NCBI GenBank assembly: GCA_050122475.1
Contig: JASFIV010000003.1
Span: forward strand, 1-55,137
From: Desulfobacterales bacterium
GTDB taxonomy: Bacteria > Desulfobacterota > Desulfobacteria > Desulfobacterales > JAHEIW01
Direction: 5' to 3'
Length of the DNA: 55,137 nt
Below are positions 37,786 through 48,146 of this stretch, piece by piece. The notes below the pieces were generated by a model that did no database searches, was not told the DNA's origin, and saw only the letters and a list, made by a program, of their open reading frames with translations. Numbering within the stretch: the first letter of the stretch is position 1; every line of letters starts with the position of its first letter. Made by a program: the position numbers and the translations under genes.

Positions 37786-38769
37786 GATTTCGGCAGCCAA
37801 CCCTTTGACGGCTTCAAAAACCTGAATAACTGCTTTTGCCATCAATTCGTAATTCAATCTGTCGGCTGTATCATTGGGCGTATGGTATTCCAGGTTTCTG
37901 TAAAAGGCTGTGTCTGTAATCATCGCCGCATCATAGCCATACCGCCAGTAGCTTCTGTGATCGGAATAATCAATGCCGGTAACCATTAAAGGCGCATTGA
38001 CGGAATAGACCGGCAGATCAGCGCTCCCTTTCATGAGTCGCTTAATCTTTCTGACTATTTTTCTTTGATCCAGGCGTCCGACAATGGCGATGGCATTTCC
38101 TTTATTTGGATAGAATAACTTAAGCACCGGAATGGGATACAACTGACTGCCGGGTTCACTGCTAAAATACCCGATCATTTCCAGCGCAATCATGCATTTT
38201 ACTTTAACCTTTTGATCGTGTAGCAATCTGGCATGACGGGCGCTGCCCATGTCTTCGGTGGCGAAAAACGGAGGCTCTTCCAACGAATAAGCGACCAGTT
38301 CAATTCCTGCTTTTATTTTTTCTTTACCGAGCAAATAGGCGAGTTCAATCAGGCCCGATACACCACTGGCGTTATCGTCGGCCCCCGGCGTATTAATGAA
38401 GGCGTCATAATGCGCTCCGACGACGATGCGCTCTCCACCTTTATTTCCAAAATAGCCGATCACATTTTGATACGTTTTCCCCCGGACCGTAAATTCCTGT
38501 ATGGAAGTATTGGCACCGGCCTTTTGGAAATGGATCCGAATGTATTCAGCACAGCGGTCAAGATTTTCGATATTTTTATAACTCCTCGGAAAATATTCCT
38601 TTGATAATTTTACTACATGCGCTTTCAATCTATCACTATCTATCGTCAGATCAGAAGGCGCATTTTTTGTGATGGTGGGTTGAGCAATCAGAACCCAGGT
38701 GGCAAAAATAGGAAGGACAAGCAGAATGAAGATGATGAAGATGATTCTTTTGAAACGCGGTTTTTTCAT
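37765..38769 (-). CDS. M28 family metallopeptidase
   Basis: GAHYD, GADDNASG, LEEPP, LEMIGY, SDH and YHTPND motifs. Confidence 0.92.
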   Translation of the reverse strand: MKKPRFKRIIFIIFILLVLPIFATWVLIAQPTITKNAPSDLTIDSDRLKAHVVKLSKEYFPRSYKNIENLDRCAEYIRIHFQKAGANTSIQEFTVRGKTYQNVIGYFGNKGGERIVVGAHYDAFINTPGADDNASGVSGLIELAYLLGKEKIKAGIELVAYSLEEPPFFATEDMGSARHARLLHDQKVKVKCMIALEMIGYFSSEPGSQLYPIPVLKLFYPNKGNAIAIVGRLDQRKIVRKIKRLMKGSADLPVYSVNAPLMVTGIDYSDHRSYWRYGYDAAMITDTAFYRNLEYHTPNDTADRLNYELMAKAVIQVFEAVKGLAAEILPDAGN

Positions 38770-39238
38770 ATTTCTTTGCCGTTCCGTATGCTGCCCTTTA
38801 AAGGTTATATTGTCATGATCTCATATCTGCAGCCTGATCGCAAAAGATTATCACCGATAATACGCTTTACTACTTTTTAATGGGGGGACGCCCATTAAAT
38901 TATAAGTTTCTATGACGGTAAATGATCAAATCCGTTCCATTGTAATTTTCTTTTTCTGTGGAAAGAAATAAAACTTTATATCTTTATAAATGCCTCAAAT
39001 CATTGTAAATTATAATTGACAATAATTTTCTTTTATTCAGTTCTTGTGTTGCTGTTCAATTGCATCCTCATAATGCTTTAAGGGAAGCATCCAATCTGAA
39101 AGCGCAAGAAAGGAAGTCGCAATCAGGCTGTAGTCGGCAGACATTATTTTTTGAATAGCTTCTTTCTGATATGCGCTTTTCAGCTCGTTCTATCGGCAAA
39201 GAACAGTTTTCTTAAAAACCTTACTGTCATTTTTAAAA

Positions 39239-39645
39239 ATGAGACAGACAAAACTGAATAAATGCCCAAGATGTAATTTGCCTCAGGAAAGCGTATACAG
39301 CTGCCAATATTGTGGTTACGTTTTCGCTGAACATGAAAAAAAGTTTGCACGTGCATTACGAAACCGGTTGAAAGATATTTTTCCCACTTTTAAGAAAGAA
39401 ACCATAGCGCCAAGCAAAAGAACAAGTACCCTGAAAGATAAAGGCGGCACCCGCTCAGAAAAGACCGGCGTAAATACAGATTTAGAACTTATTATCCGGA
39501 AAACAGATCGGGCAGGGATCGTAGAAAAGGGATTGACCGCAGACGCAAAGTAGCAAGAAAAAGATGGGTAGAACGCAGATTTAGTCTAAATCATGAAATT
39601 CCATATCCCCGAAAAAAACAAAATGCATTCAATTACCAACTTTAA
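39239..39645 (+). pseudogene. Zinc-ribbon plus RSGxDRR-repeat protein split by a -1 frameshift near 39460
   Basis: CPRC..CQYC N-terminus; the -1 frame from 39460 reads KDRRKYRFRTYYPENRSGRDRRKGIDRRRKVARKRWVERR to TAA 39645. Confidence 0.6.
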
Positions 39646-39676
39646 ATCCTTCATTTATGGATTTTTTAAGTCCCCT

Positions 39677-40900
39677 CTAATTTTCCAGCATGGATTCTAA
39701 TGCGAAAAACTGATGCGTTGCTTGTTTGATGACAATATCAAAACTGCTGGGTGATAAATCCAGACTCTCCCAGGCTTCAGTATCTAAAGGAGGAACGAAA
39801 CGCTCTCCACTGGTTCCAATTCCAAGACCGTTAGTAATGATATCGGCCAGATGCACCAGTGTTGCCGGAACCGGTCTCAACGCTTTGGAGGGATTGTGAT
39901 GATAAAATATATTGTTTTCTAGCGAAAGTGGCAGTTTCCATTGTTGTATCAAATGCCGTGCTATAAAAGAATGATCACAGCCGAAATAATTCCTCTCTAT
40001 TTCATATATCAATTTGTTCGTAGTTTGCGAAATATTTAAAATTTGGCGACCGTCCTCTGGAAAATTACAGAATACAATTAAACGACCGATGTCATGCAAA
40101 AGTCCCGATACGAAGAATTGCTCCGTTTGGGAAACACCCTTATGACTTGCTAACATCCTGGATATAATGCCACATGCAACACTATGCTTTAAAAATGCAT
40201 ACATATCTAATAACTTTTGAGGGATTTTATCAAAAGCGGAAAAGATACTGAGCCCAAGTGCTAAAGCGGAAATCTCTCTCCTACCAATTAAGGTTATTGC
40301 CAAAGATATTTTGTCTATCTTAGATGGGAAACCGTAAAATGGAGAATTCACTATTTTCAGCAAAATTGCGGTCATACTCGGACTTTTTTGTACAACCTGG
40401 GCGATGTCAACAGATGATGAAAGTGGATCGGAAACAACCGCATTGAATTCAGATACGATCGCAGGCACTTCAGGTAATTTTATATTTGTAATATCAAGTT
40501 TTCTTTCAAAATTGGTTTCATTTAAATTTTCAGTTGGATCGTCTTCAGTCAGTTGGACATTAAAATATTTATTGAATAATTTATATTTGTCCCTAAACCA
40601 AATAGACAGCCGAAAGATCTCTTGTATGGCAGGGTGCTCCAAATCGTTGTAGCGAAACACTTCCTGAGTCATTTCTCTTATTTCTTCATACTGTTCTGGA
40701 TCAAAATCAGGTCTGGTTTCTTTTTTATCATCATTTTTACTAAGCACGTTGACTTCAGTAACACCCCAAATTTTAAATACCCTAAAATGGTTCGGTTGGA
40801 TTGTTTTACCTCTTCCTAATAAGAGTCTGCCGTGAAAGTCTCTGACCGCATCGGCTACTACCATGCCCGGTTTGAGCTTATTGATATGAATTATGCTCAT
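39677..40900 (-). CDS. HDOD domain protein
   Basis: LPEVP, LKIVNSPFYG, GLLHDIG and QWKLP..YHHNP motifs. Confidence 0.92.
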   Translation of the reverse strand: MSIIHINKLKPGMVVADAVRDFHGRLLLGRGKTIQPNHFRVFKIWGVTEVNVLSKNDDKKETRPDFDPEQYEEIREMTQEVFRYNDLEHPAIQEIFRLSIWFRDKYKLFNKYFNVQLTEDDPTENLNETNFERKLDITNIKLPEVPAIVSEFNAVVSDPLSSSVDIAQVVQKSPSMTAILLKIVNSPFYGFPSKIDKISLAITLIGRREISALALGLSIFSAFDKIPQKLLDMYAFLKHSVACGIISRMLASHKGVSQTEQFFVSGLLHDIGRLIVFCNFPEDGRQILNISQTTNKLIYEIERNYFGCDHSFIARHLIQQWKLPLSLENNIFYHHNPSKALRPVPATLVHLADIITNGLGIGTSGERFVPPLDTEAWESLDLSPSSFDIVIKQATHQFFALESMLEN

Positions 40901-40962
40901 CTAAGAAAGATCCTTACCATTTTCGATCAAGAGATAAAATTTCCAAAAAGGACGTTGAAATC

Positions 40963-41514
40963 TTAGCCTCGGCTTATTAAATCGGCCGTCGATACGACTG
41001 GCTTGGAATTATGTTGTGGTTTCGGGTTGCGCCATCGAATAAATAGATTACTTTTTCGACGGTTGTACACTTTTACCAATTTGCTAATAAAATTAATTAC
41101 TTGCTTATCATTACCGACAAATTCAATCCCTGATAGGTAGGTTCCAGCAGGTGATTGTTTTGAATGCATCAACCGGCCTTTAATCTCGATAAGATTGTTC
41201 TCAAGATCCACAGCCATTAATGAAATTGAATCTGATACGATGGGATGTAGCGTTTCAATTAATATTCCGCCTTTACTGATATCGATTGCTTTTCCTATGC
41301 CTTGAGAGTCCAATTTACCGAGTTCATCGAATGAAAAATGGGAAATCAGATTCTGTGTTTTGATTCTTTGATGTTTTCTTCGATCAGCCACTTTTCGTCG
41401 ATATGCTTTAAAGACTGTCTGACATTTTGAGCACCTTACCCGTGAGCCAGAGGGTTTTATAAGGCTGCTGTCCAAACGATACATAGAGTGACATGATTTG
41501 CAGAGTATTAGCAT
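40963..41514 (-). CDS. Zinc-ribbon (MJ0042-type) plus PilZ protein
   Basis: CKSC..VRCSKC; RKHQR and DISKGG motifs. Confidence 0.88.
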   Translation of the reverse strand: MLILCKSCHSMYRLDSSLIKPSGSRVRCSKCQTVFKAYRRKVADRRKHQRIKTQNLISHFSFDELGKLDSQGIGKAIDISKGGILIETLHPIVSDSISLMAVDLENNLIEIKGRLMHSKQSPAGTYLSGIEFVGNDKQVINFISKLVKVYNRRKSNLFIRWRNPKPQHNSKPVVSTADLISRG

Positions 41515-41890
41515 TAGACTACATTTCCGGTCTTGGTTTTAGAAATAAATAATTCAGATAATTAAAGGCTGCTTAATACATTATCGGAACTTTAAATTTA
41601 ATACTTAACGTGTAATTATTCGTTTTTTTAACTGGCTTTGCGGAAAAAATATGGAATTTGTAAAGTTAATGGTGGCCCTGGCGACCATTGTAATGCTGAT
41701 CCTCTCTTGAGCAAGCTTGACATTTACTGCCTGAGAAAAATAGCGCTCGCCAGGTTTGCGCCTGTTATCCATTATTCGCTGAAGTTGTTGACTTTACTCT
41801 AAATCTTGTTATTTTGTCCTTAAGGGCGATTGCCCGGAGATTAGAATAAATTATTTTTACTTTGCACTTTGCCCCATGAGCTGACGCTTT

Positions 41891-42739
41891 ATGATCGTAT
41901 CTTTTCACCCATTATTTGAAGCTGATAAAAGCATTATCTGTGCCGGGCGCGAACCGGGTGCAGATGATCTGGCCGCTATCAAGGCAGCAGAAGCGGTTAT
42001 ATTACCCCAGGGATGCCGCCAATCCCTCTACGAAATGGCCATCGATAACTGCTCGCATGTTTTTCCCAATTATGATGTCCGCTTTGATTATCCAGGTAAA
42101 ATCGGTCAGATACAGCTGTTTCAAAAAAACGGCACAGCCCATCCGCACGCTGAAACTTACCCTTCGCTGGACGTTTTCAGGCAACAATACGGTGAGACCC
42201 CCAAAAATATTGCTTTTGAGCTGCCATGCGTATTTAAATTTGACTGGGGGGGTGAAGGTGAAACCGTTTACTTGATAAATACCCCGGAAGATCTTAAGAG
42301 GGTTTTGCAAAAAGCCGCTGATTTTGAACGCTCAGGCCAAAAAGGCTTTTTACTGCAGGAATACGTGCCCACACAGGGCACAACCCTGCGGGTGGTCATC
42401 ATCGGCCAGAGCCTGATTTCATACTGGCGGATTCAGCAAAACAGCGAAGATTTTATGTCCAGTGTATCCCATGGCGCGCGTATCGACGACGCAATGGAAC
42501 CTGAGCGGCAAAAGGTTGCGAAAGTATTTGTCAAAAACCTATGCAACAAAACCGGCATCAACCTGGCCGGCTTTGATGTCATTTTTGCGCCGGTCAAAGA
42601 ACACATCAAACCGCTGATGCTTGAAATAAACTATTTTTTCGGCCGCCGGGGCTTAGGGGGCTCTGAAGCCTATTATGAAGTTTTAAAGCAGGAAATTAAA
42701 GATTGGCTAGGGAATACATTAGATAAACAGGATGCGTAA
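41891..42739 (+). CDS. RimK-like ATP-grasp protein
   Basis: GGEGETVYL, LLQEYVP, LRVVIIG, AGFDVI and LEINY motifs. Confidence 0.85.
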   Translation: MIVSFHPLFEADKSIICAGREPGADDLAAIKAAEAVILPQGCRQSLYEMAIDNCSHVFPNYDVRFDYPGKIGQIQLFQKNGTAHPHAETYPSLDVFRQQYGETPKNIAFELPCVFKFDWGGEGETVYLINTPEDLKRVLQKAADFERSGQKGFLLQEYVPTQGTTLRVVIIGQSLISYWRIQQNSEDFMSSVSHGARIDDAMEPERQKVAKVFVKNLCNKTGINLAGFDVIFAPVKEHIKPLMLEINYFFGRRGLGGSEAYYEVLKQEIKDWLGNTLDKQDA

Positions 42740-42763
42740 AATATCATTAGGTGAATTCATCAG

Positions 42764-42842
42764 GTGTTTCGTGTTTGGTATTTAGTTTGACATTAAAGAC
42801 GGGCATTCGCTTTTGGACCTCTAAACACCAAACACTAAACAC
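42764..42842. repeat. Inverted heptamer-repeat element
   Basis: GTGTTTCGTGTTTGGTATTTAG pairs with CTAAACACCAAACACTAAACAC (2 mismatches). Confidence 0.7.
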
Positions 42843-42859
42843 ACTTTTCAATACTAGAC

Positions 42860-43189
42860 ATGAAAAAAAGAAAATCCATCCAACCCTTTGCCTATGATCT
42901 GGAAGAATCGGATCTGAAACGCGAACGCCGCAAGGCCCGTGAGCTGCGTGAATCCCAATGGTGGAAGCGCCGGGTGGCCAAAGGCCAATGCTATTACTGC
43001 AAAAGCGAAATGCCACCCAGGGAGCTGACCATGGATCATATCGTGCCCATTGCGCGTGGCGGTAAAAGTACCCGCGGCAATGTGGTCCCTTGCTGTAAAA
43101 GCTGCAACACCGCCAAAAAACAACTCTTGCCGATGGAGTGGGAAAAATATTTAGAAGATGCCCGTAAAAAGCCGAATAACCTAAAATGA
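42860..43189 (+). CDS. Small HNH endonuclease family protein
   Basis: CYYC..TMDHIVP..GG..NVVPCCKSCN motif. Confidence 0.9.
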   Translation: MKKRKSIQPFAYDLEESDLKRERRKARELRESQWWKRRVAKGQCYYCKSEMPPRELTMDHIVPIARGGKSTRGNVVPCCKSCNTAKKQLLPMEWEKYLEDARKKPNNLK

Positions 43190-43200
43190 AAGCTAAAACG

Positions 43201-43683
43201 TTATTTATAACCAATTTCAGGACTCAATTTGATGCGGCTGCGTGTAAAATTGCCACTGCCGCGCGCAATCTCATTGCCCTCGTGATCAAATAACTTGGAT
43301 TCAGCAACAAAAAAGTTCCGGGTGGACGTAACAGCCTCTCCCTTGCATACCAATTTCCCTTCGCTAACCGGGCGTTCAAAATATAGATTAAAACTCAATG
43401 TCAATAAGAAGACATCTTCCACCAACGAATTCGCGGCGAAAAAGGCAGTATCATCCAAAATTTTGAAATAGCATGAACCGTGCACCGCGCCGGCGGCATG
43501 GTAAAATTCGGGACGAATCTGCATCTCTAACTCCGCCCAGCCATAACCGATTGTGGCACGCGGTTGAAAAAATTGGTTAATCGGCACTTTCTGATACATC
43601 CGTTCGAGTCTGCGGTAGTGTTCTTCATTGATTTTCAAATTATTCACCCTTTTCACCGATAGTTTATCAAATCCTCTTATCAT
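43201..43683 (-). CDS. PaaI family thioesterase
   Basis: HAAGAVHGSCYFKILDD motif; true start may be downstream. Confidence 0.85.
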   Translation of the reverse strand: MIRGFDKLSVKRVNNLKINEEHYRRLERMYQKVPINQFFQPRATIGYGWAELEMQIRPEFYHAAGAVHGSCYFKILDDTAFFAANSLVEDVFLLTLSFNLYFERPVSEGKLVCKGEAVTSTRNFFVAESKLFDHEGNEIARGSGNFTRSRIKLSPEIGYK

Positions 43684-43934
43684 TATCTGCGACAGTTAAT
43701 GATGTCATCCATCTAACATTGCGTAGTTCGATCCTCCGAATAGAGATAACGCGCATGATGCGTCATCCATTCCCGATTTTTGGACATTGTATATATCCAT
43801 TTCAGGAAGCGCAACGGGATAAAAAGGCATTTACCGATCAATCCGTTCCAGTTTGCCAGAATCTGGCTGTCAAAAAATTTGCGAAGATTGCATTTATATG
43901 AGATAATTTTATCAGTTGCCTTAAACAATTATCT

Positions 43935-44029
43935 ATTGCCCGTTGGCCCGTTAGCCGGTAAACCGCTAACCCTAACAAACAAAAACCTTCTTACCAACCA
44001 ACGGGCAATCGGATCTGCCGGCTAACGGG
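43935..44029. repeat. Inverted CCCGTT(A/G)G 9-mer repeat element
   Basis: ATTGCCCGTTGG/CCAACGGGCAAT and CCCGTTAGCCGG/CCGGCTAACGGG; same units occur inside the MITE. Confidence 0.65.
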
Positions 44030-44112
44030 TTACCTTTACGCCCTGCTAAATTCAGCAACACAAATTTTCCGAATACCCGAAGTACCCAAGCCCATACATC
44101 AGGAAGTCAACC

Positions 44113-47100
44113 ATGCATATCACCTGTTCGAAATGCAAAAAAGTTTATACCGTAGACGCGAGCAAGATTCCACCCAATGTCAGCAAAACGCCTTGCAAGA
44201 CCTGCGGGGCTGCCATCTCGCTGCGGCCGACCGAACAGCGCAAAAAGGCACCTGACGCTTCTGGAGCACTGCCCAAAGCGCCATCCGATATTATACAGAT
44301 TACCTGTCAGTACTGCAGCCAACAGTTTAAGATCAAAGCCCAGGCTATCCCCCAGGGCGTCACCAGCACACGTTGCAAATCCTGCGGTCACAAAATTTCC
44401 TTAAAAACCGAAGACACCGCGGCTAAGCCGGCCGAAAAAGTGAAAACCCCCGGAGAGCAAACCGCAGGAATCTTAAATATCGCCTGTTTGTATTGCGGCA
44501 AAAAATACAGCATCAATGCCGCCAAGATTCCACCGGGTGTCAAAACCACCAAATGCAAAGCCTGCGGTCGTCCGATGTCTCTTGTGGCACCTTCGCCCGG
44601 TGCTGCACCACTGAAAACCGATGGTGAAAAACCGGTGCCCCACACGCAGCCCCAAAAGAACCAAAAAGCCTCGGATAGCGATCTGGATGCTCCCGTTATT
44701 GCTGATGCCAGCCAACGCGTGAATCCCATCTGGCAAAAGCGGCGACCGCTGGTGGCTGTGGCCGCAATCCTTCTATTAGTGCTGGCCGGGTATTTCGCAA
44801 TAACCCAATGGTCCAGGTTGAGTGACAGCGGTCTCGGTTTGGGTAACATCAGCGCTAAAAAGCCGGCCGTTCGAAAGCAAACATCTTATGACGAAAGCAA
44901 AATTGCTGCCGGCAGCAGGGTCGCTGCCGAACCGTTTTTCGCTGCCAGACTCAACGTGCCGTTGTTGCTGGCAGCCGTCGATCAAAACACGGCGGAGGAT
45001 AAAAAAAATATCCGCTACAAGATGACCACCACGCTGATCAAATCGCTTGGCCTGACAGATGTTGAGCTATATTTCTATCCGCATCCGCAACACGGCGTTT
45101 TGCCGGTTATTTTCGCCAGCGGTGAAGACGGCAACAGCCTTAAAACACTGCTGACCTCCCAGATTAACTATGTGCAGGTACTGGAGCCGCACGCGGATGG
45201 ATTCTATCGCATCAAAAAAGACGCCATTCCAGCTGACAAACAAAATAACTTCCCAATCGATCTGTACCGGGTTCAGTTTATCGATAATCGCGCCATTTTT
45301 GCACCGGCAGGTTTAATCAACAGATTTGCCGAGGGACCGGAGCCGCTGCACAAAACCCAGGTGGCGCAGATGATTGCTGCCATTGCGCAACCCCGGGATC
45401 TGGCGGCTTTGTCGATCCGAATACCTGAAAATTTGGACACGGACTGGCAGAAAAAAATTCAAAGCAACCCTGCCGTTAAACAAAACCCCCAGGCCGCCAT
45501 GATGATCGCAATGGGCGGCGGTATGGTAAACCAGTTATCCGAATCCCTGAAAGACGTCGATTCCCTGGCAATCGGTTTTCGCCTGGACGAGGCCAACGGT
45601 CGCGTGCTCAGTTATACCCAGCAATTTCGCGAGGGGGTCGATGGAAAGCAAATATACCGGCAGTTAAAGGCCGGAAATCCGGATGATCTGGACGTCGACG
45701 GTACGGTTTTAAAACTAATCGAGCTCTTTAACGATCCGCGCTACAAGCACACTCTGGCGCACAAAAACAACCGCCTGATGATCGGCCTCAACTGGGAACA
45801 AACACAAGACGAAGCCATCTTAAGCGCGCTGTCGGAAGCGACCATCGGCCAGATGTTGGCCCAGGGCATGGACTTGTCCCCCTCAGAGGGGCCGGTTGCT
45901 GCCCAATATGTCGATACGCCGCGCATCGTGCCGGATGTCAACATCGAAGCCCTGAAAAAAACCATCCCCGCAGCCGTCGAGAATAATCTGTTTCCAGGTA
46001 ATTACTGGAGTTTTGGTGACGAACCCCGCATGACACTGGATTTTGACACGCTTGCGATCCCCAATGCATCGCTGGCCCAGTTGAAATATGAGGTCAGCGA
46101 AGTCCTATCAACAGATGGTGCTGACATCCGTCGGGTGGAGGAAAACACATTCCAGCACGTCATTAACCCGGGCAGTGCTTCGCCCGGCTTTATCGAAATC
46201 AACGTCAAAAAGGACACGCCGGCAGAAACGCTGGGGACGGCAAAAATTCAGTTTAAGATCGCATTGCCGGTCCGTCTGAAAATATTTGAATTTGCCTCCA
46301 CAGACGATGCACCCGGCACGATTCGTAAATCAGACGGCATTTCGGTGAAGCTGCGCCGGCTGGAAAAGGACGTGGCCAAAATCAGTTTTCGAGGTGGAAC
46401 CTCAGCACGGCTTTTTGCATTCGACAATACCGGTCGATCACTGGCTTCAAGAGAATCTATGAGCGCGGCTTCATCAGCTGCCAGCCGGTTTCAGGGCGAA
46501 ATCTATCGGCTGCAGGTTGTTGTGGTAGAAGAAATTTTTGAGCACACCTTTGATGTGGTGGCCAATCTCAACCGCGGCAAAGAACTGGTTTTGTCCCATA
46601 AGCCGGAGACGCCGGCCAGGCTGCGCTATGATCATCGACCGATGCAAAACTTTGCCAGTTACACTGAAAACGAACTCAACGACCTGGACGTCAAGTGGAA
46701 AGAAGCCGGCGGCATGATGTGGACCGACAGCTTGCAGGTCAACCTGCCGCGGGGACCTTTTAGCGGCGATATTCGCTGGGAGGTCCATTTTTTTGGCGAG
46801 CGCGAACCGGTCTATTTATCCGGTAACGCTTTCCAAAGCCCTGCCGGTTTTAGTTACGGGCTTTCAAATGGTGAACTCAAAAACGCCCATGCGGCATTTG
46901 GTAAAGTGAAGATGGAACTGGCATCTGTCATTGAGCGAATCACCTTTAAAAAACAGGCTGACGGTAAAGGCAGCTTTCAAAAACTGCCTTCAGGACAACC
47001 GATCAAGGTTGTTTTCAACCAGAATGAAATCACCCTGGATGCCGGCAATGCGGATGTCATCCAATCGGTTGCATTCGATGCCCAGGGATTGCAGTTGCGA

Positions 47101-47766
47101 AAGGATGGGTATACCGGTATCAATGGTAACCGCAAAAAAATGTATTTCTGGGGGGTGCCGACCCGCTTTGTCATCGATGTCGCCACTGCTAAAATCAATA
47201 AAACCATTGACTTCGATGTTCGCCAGCGCACGGTGGATGAAACCCGCTATTCAAAATTTAAGCAGGATATCGCAAACCACCGGGACATTGTCAAAACCCT
47301 CAAACAGCTTGCCAGTGCCCGTCGCAAGGATCGGACCAAATATGGCGATGATATTGCCGGATTGTTTTATCTGTACGGCCGCAAACAGAAAAAGCCCATG
47401 GCCCTTATCGACAAAAAGGTGGCCCATTCCGATCCAGCCGGGCAGAAACGTTTCGGATACACGCTAAAGCCTTATAAAGGATATTATTTCACCGTGTTAT
47501 CCGGAGTTGAGTCCGGCGGTACGCAGAATGACTACATGCGGTTGCCCAAGCAGCGGTCTTATACCTGGAAGAAGGGCTCTTTTAAAACCACACCGTTTCT
47601 GCAACCGCCGGATCTGGTGGCCATCCCAAAAGATGGAACCCAACCGACCTTTTTCATGCAATTTGATCAGATCTTCATGAAACAGCTCAACGGCGACAAG
47701 CTGACCTATTTGCCGGAAGACTATTACAGCACCGGTTGGGTGGAAGCTAAGTTTGTCGAGGGATGA
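44113..47766 (+). CDS. 1217-aa protein: three zinc ribbons, one TM, large extracytoplasmic region
   Basis: Three CxxC-x17-CxxC repeats; TM near residues 213-232; rest not recognised. Confidence 0.85.
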   Translation: MHITCSKCKKVYTVDASKIPPNVSKTPCKTCGAAISLRPTEQRKKAPDASGALPKAPSDIIQITCQYCSQQFKIKAQAIPQGVTSTRCKSCGHKISLKTEDTAAKPAEKVKTPGEQTAGILNIACLYCGKKYSINAAKIPPGVKTTKCKACGRPMSLVAPSPGAAPLKTDGEKPVPHTQPQKNQKASDSDLDAPVIADASQRVNPIWQKRRPLVAVAAILLLVLAGYFAITQWSRLSDSGLGLGNISAKKPAVRKQTSYDESKIAAGSRVAAEPFFAARLNVPLLLAAVDQNTAEDKKNIRYKMTTTLIKSLGLTDVELYFYPHPQHGVLPVIFASGEDGNSLKTLLTSQINYVQVLEPHADGFYRIKKDAIPADKQNNFPIDLYRVQFIDNRAIFAPAGLINRFAEGPEPLHKTQVAQMIAAIAQPRDLAALSIRIPENLDTDWQKKIQSNPAVKQNPQAAMMIAMGGGMVNQLSESLKDVDSLAIGFRLDEANGRVLSYTQQFREGVDGKQIYRQLKAGNPDDLDVDGTVLKLIELFNDPRYKHTLAHKNNRLMIGLNWEQTQDEAILSALSEATIGQMLAQGMDLSPSEGPVAAQYVDTPRIVPDVNIEALKKTIPAAVENNLFPGNYWSFGDEPRMTLDFDTLAIPNASLAQLKYEVSEVLSTDGADIRRVEENTFQHVINPGSASPGFIEINVKKDTPAETLGTAKIQFKIALPVRLKIFEFASTDDAPGTIRKSDGISVKLRRLEKDVAKISFRGGTSARLFAFDNTGRSLASRESMSAASSAASRFQGEIYRLQVVVVEEIFEHTFDVVANLNRGKELVLSHKPETPARLRYDHRPMQNFASYTENELNDLDVKWKEAGGMMWTDSLQVNLPRGPFSGDIRWEVHFFGEREPVYLSGNAFQSPAGFSYGLSNGELKNAHAAFGKVKMELASVIERITFKKQADGKGSFQKLPSGQPIKVVFNQNEITLDAGNADVIQSVAFDAQGLQLRKDGYTGINGNRKKMYFWGVPTRFVIDVATAKINKTIDFDVRQRTVDETRYSKFKQDIANHRDIVKTLKQLASARRKDRTKYGDDIAGLFYLYGRKQKKPMALIDKKVAHSDPAGQKRFGYTLKPYKGYYFTVLSGVESGGTQNDYMRLPKQRSYTWKKGSFKTTPFLQPPDLVAIPKDGTQPTFFMQFDQIFMKQLNGDKLTYLPEDYYSTGWVEAKFVEG

Positions 47767-48146
47767 TTGCTCAATCCACTTCTATCTGACCTGCGGCTGC
47801 TACGGCAAAATAAACAGGCAGCGTCAGCCAGCCGTTCGTTTTGGGTGCTGAACACTCAATTTCAAGCATTTTATACGCTTTTTGTCGGCCCCCATTATCC
47901 GTTTTTCAAGTTACTCCCCACCGCTATCACCTTGTCAATAAATTTATAAAGAATTACGCTGACCGACCGATACTAACAATAGATTTATGATAATTTTATC
48001 AGACCGTTGTCATACACTACACGAATTGTTCATCCGGAGGTATTGAACATCATTTTTGAGGATATTATCAGGTCCCGGGCGACAGCTCATGAGACCCGGT
48101 ATCGAACCAACCGTTTATAATTTCAAAGCAAAATCGGAAAGCCGGA

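Noticed and set aside
42860-43189. HNH nuclease as a defence or mobile system
   Set aside because: Short stand-alone type among housekeeping-like genes, with no methylase, cas or integrase nearby
47764-47949. TGA of the 1217-aa gene followed in frame by a 60-aa ORF
   Set aside because: No redox motif, no convincing SECIS, and the peptide looks non-coding
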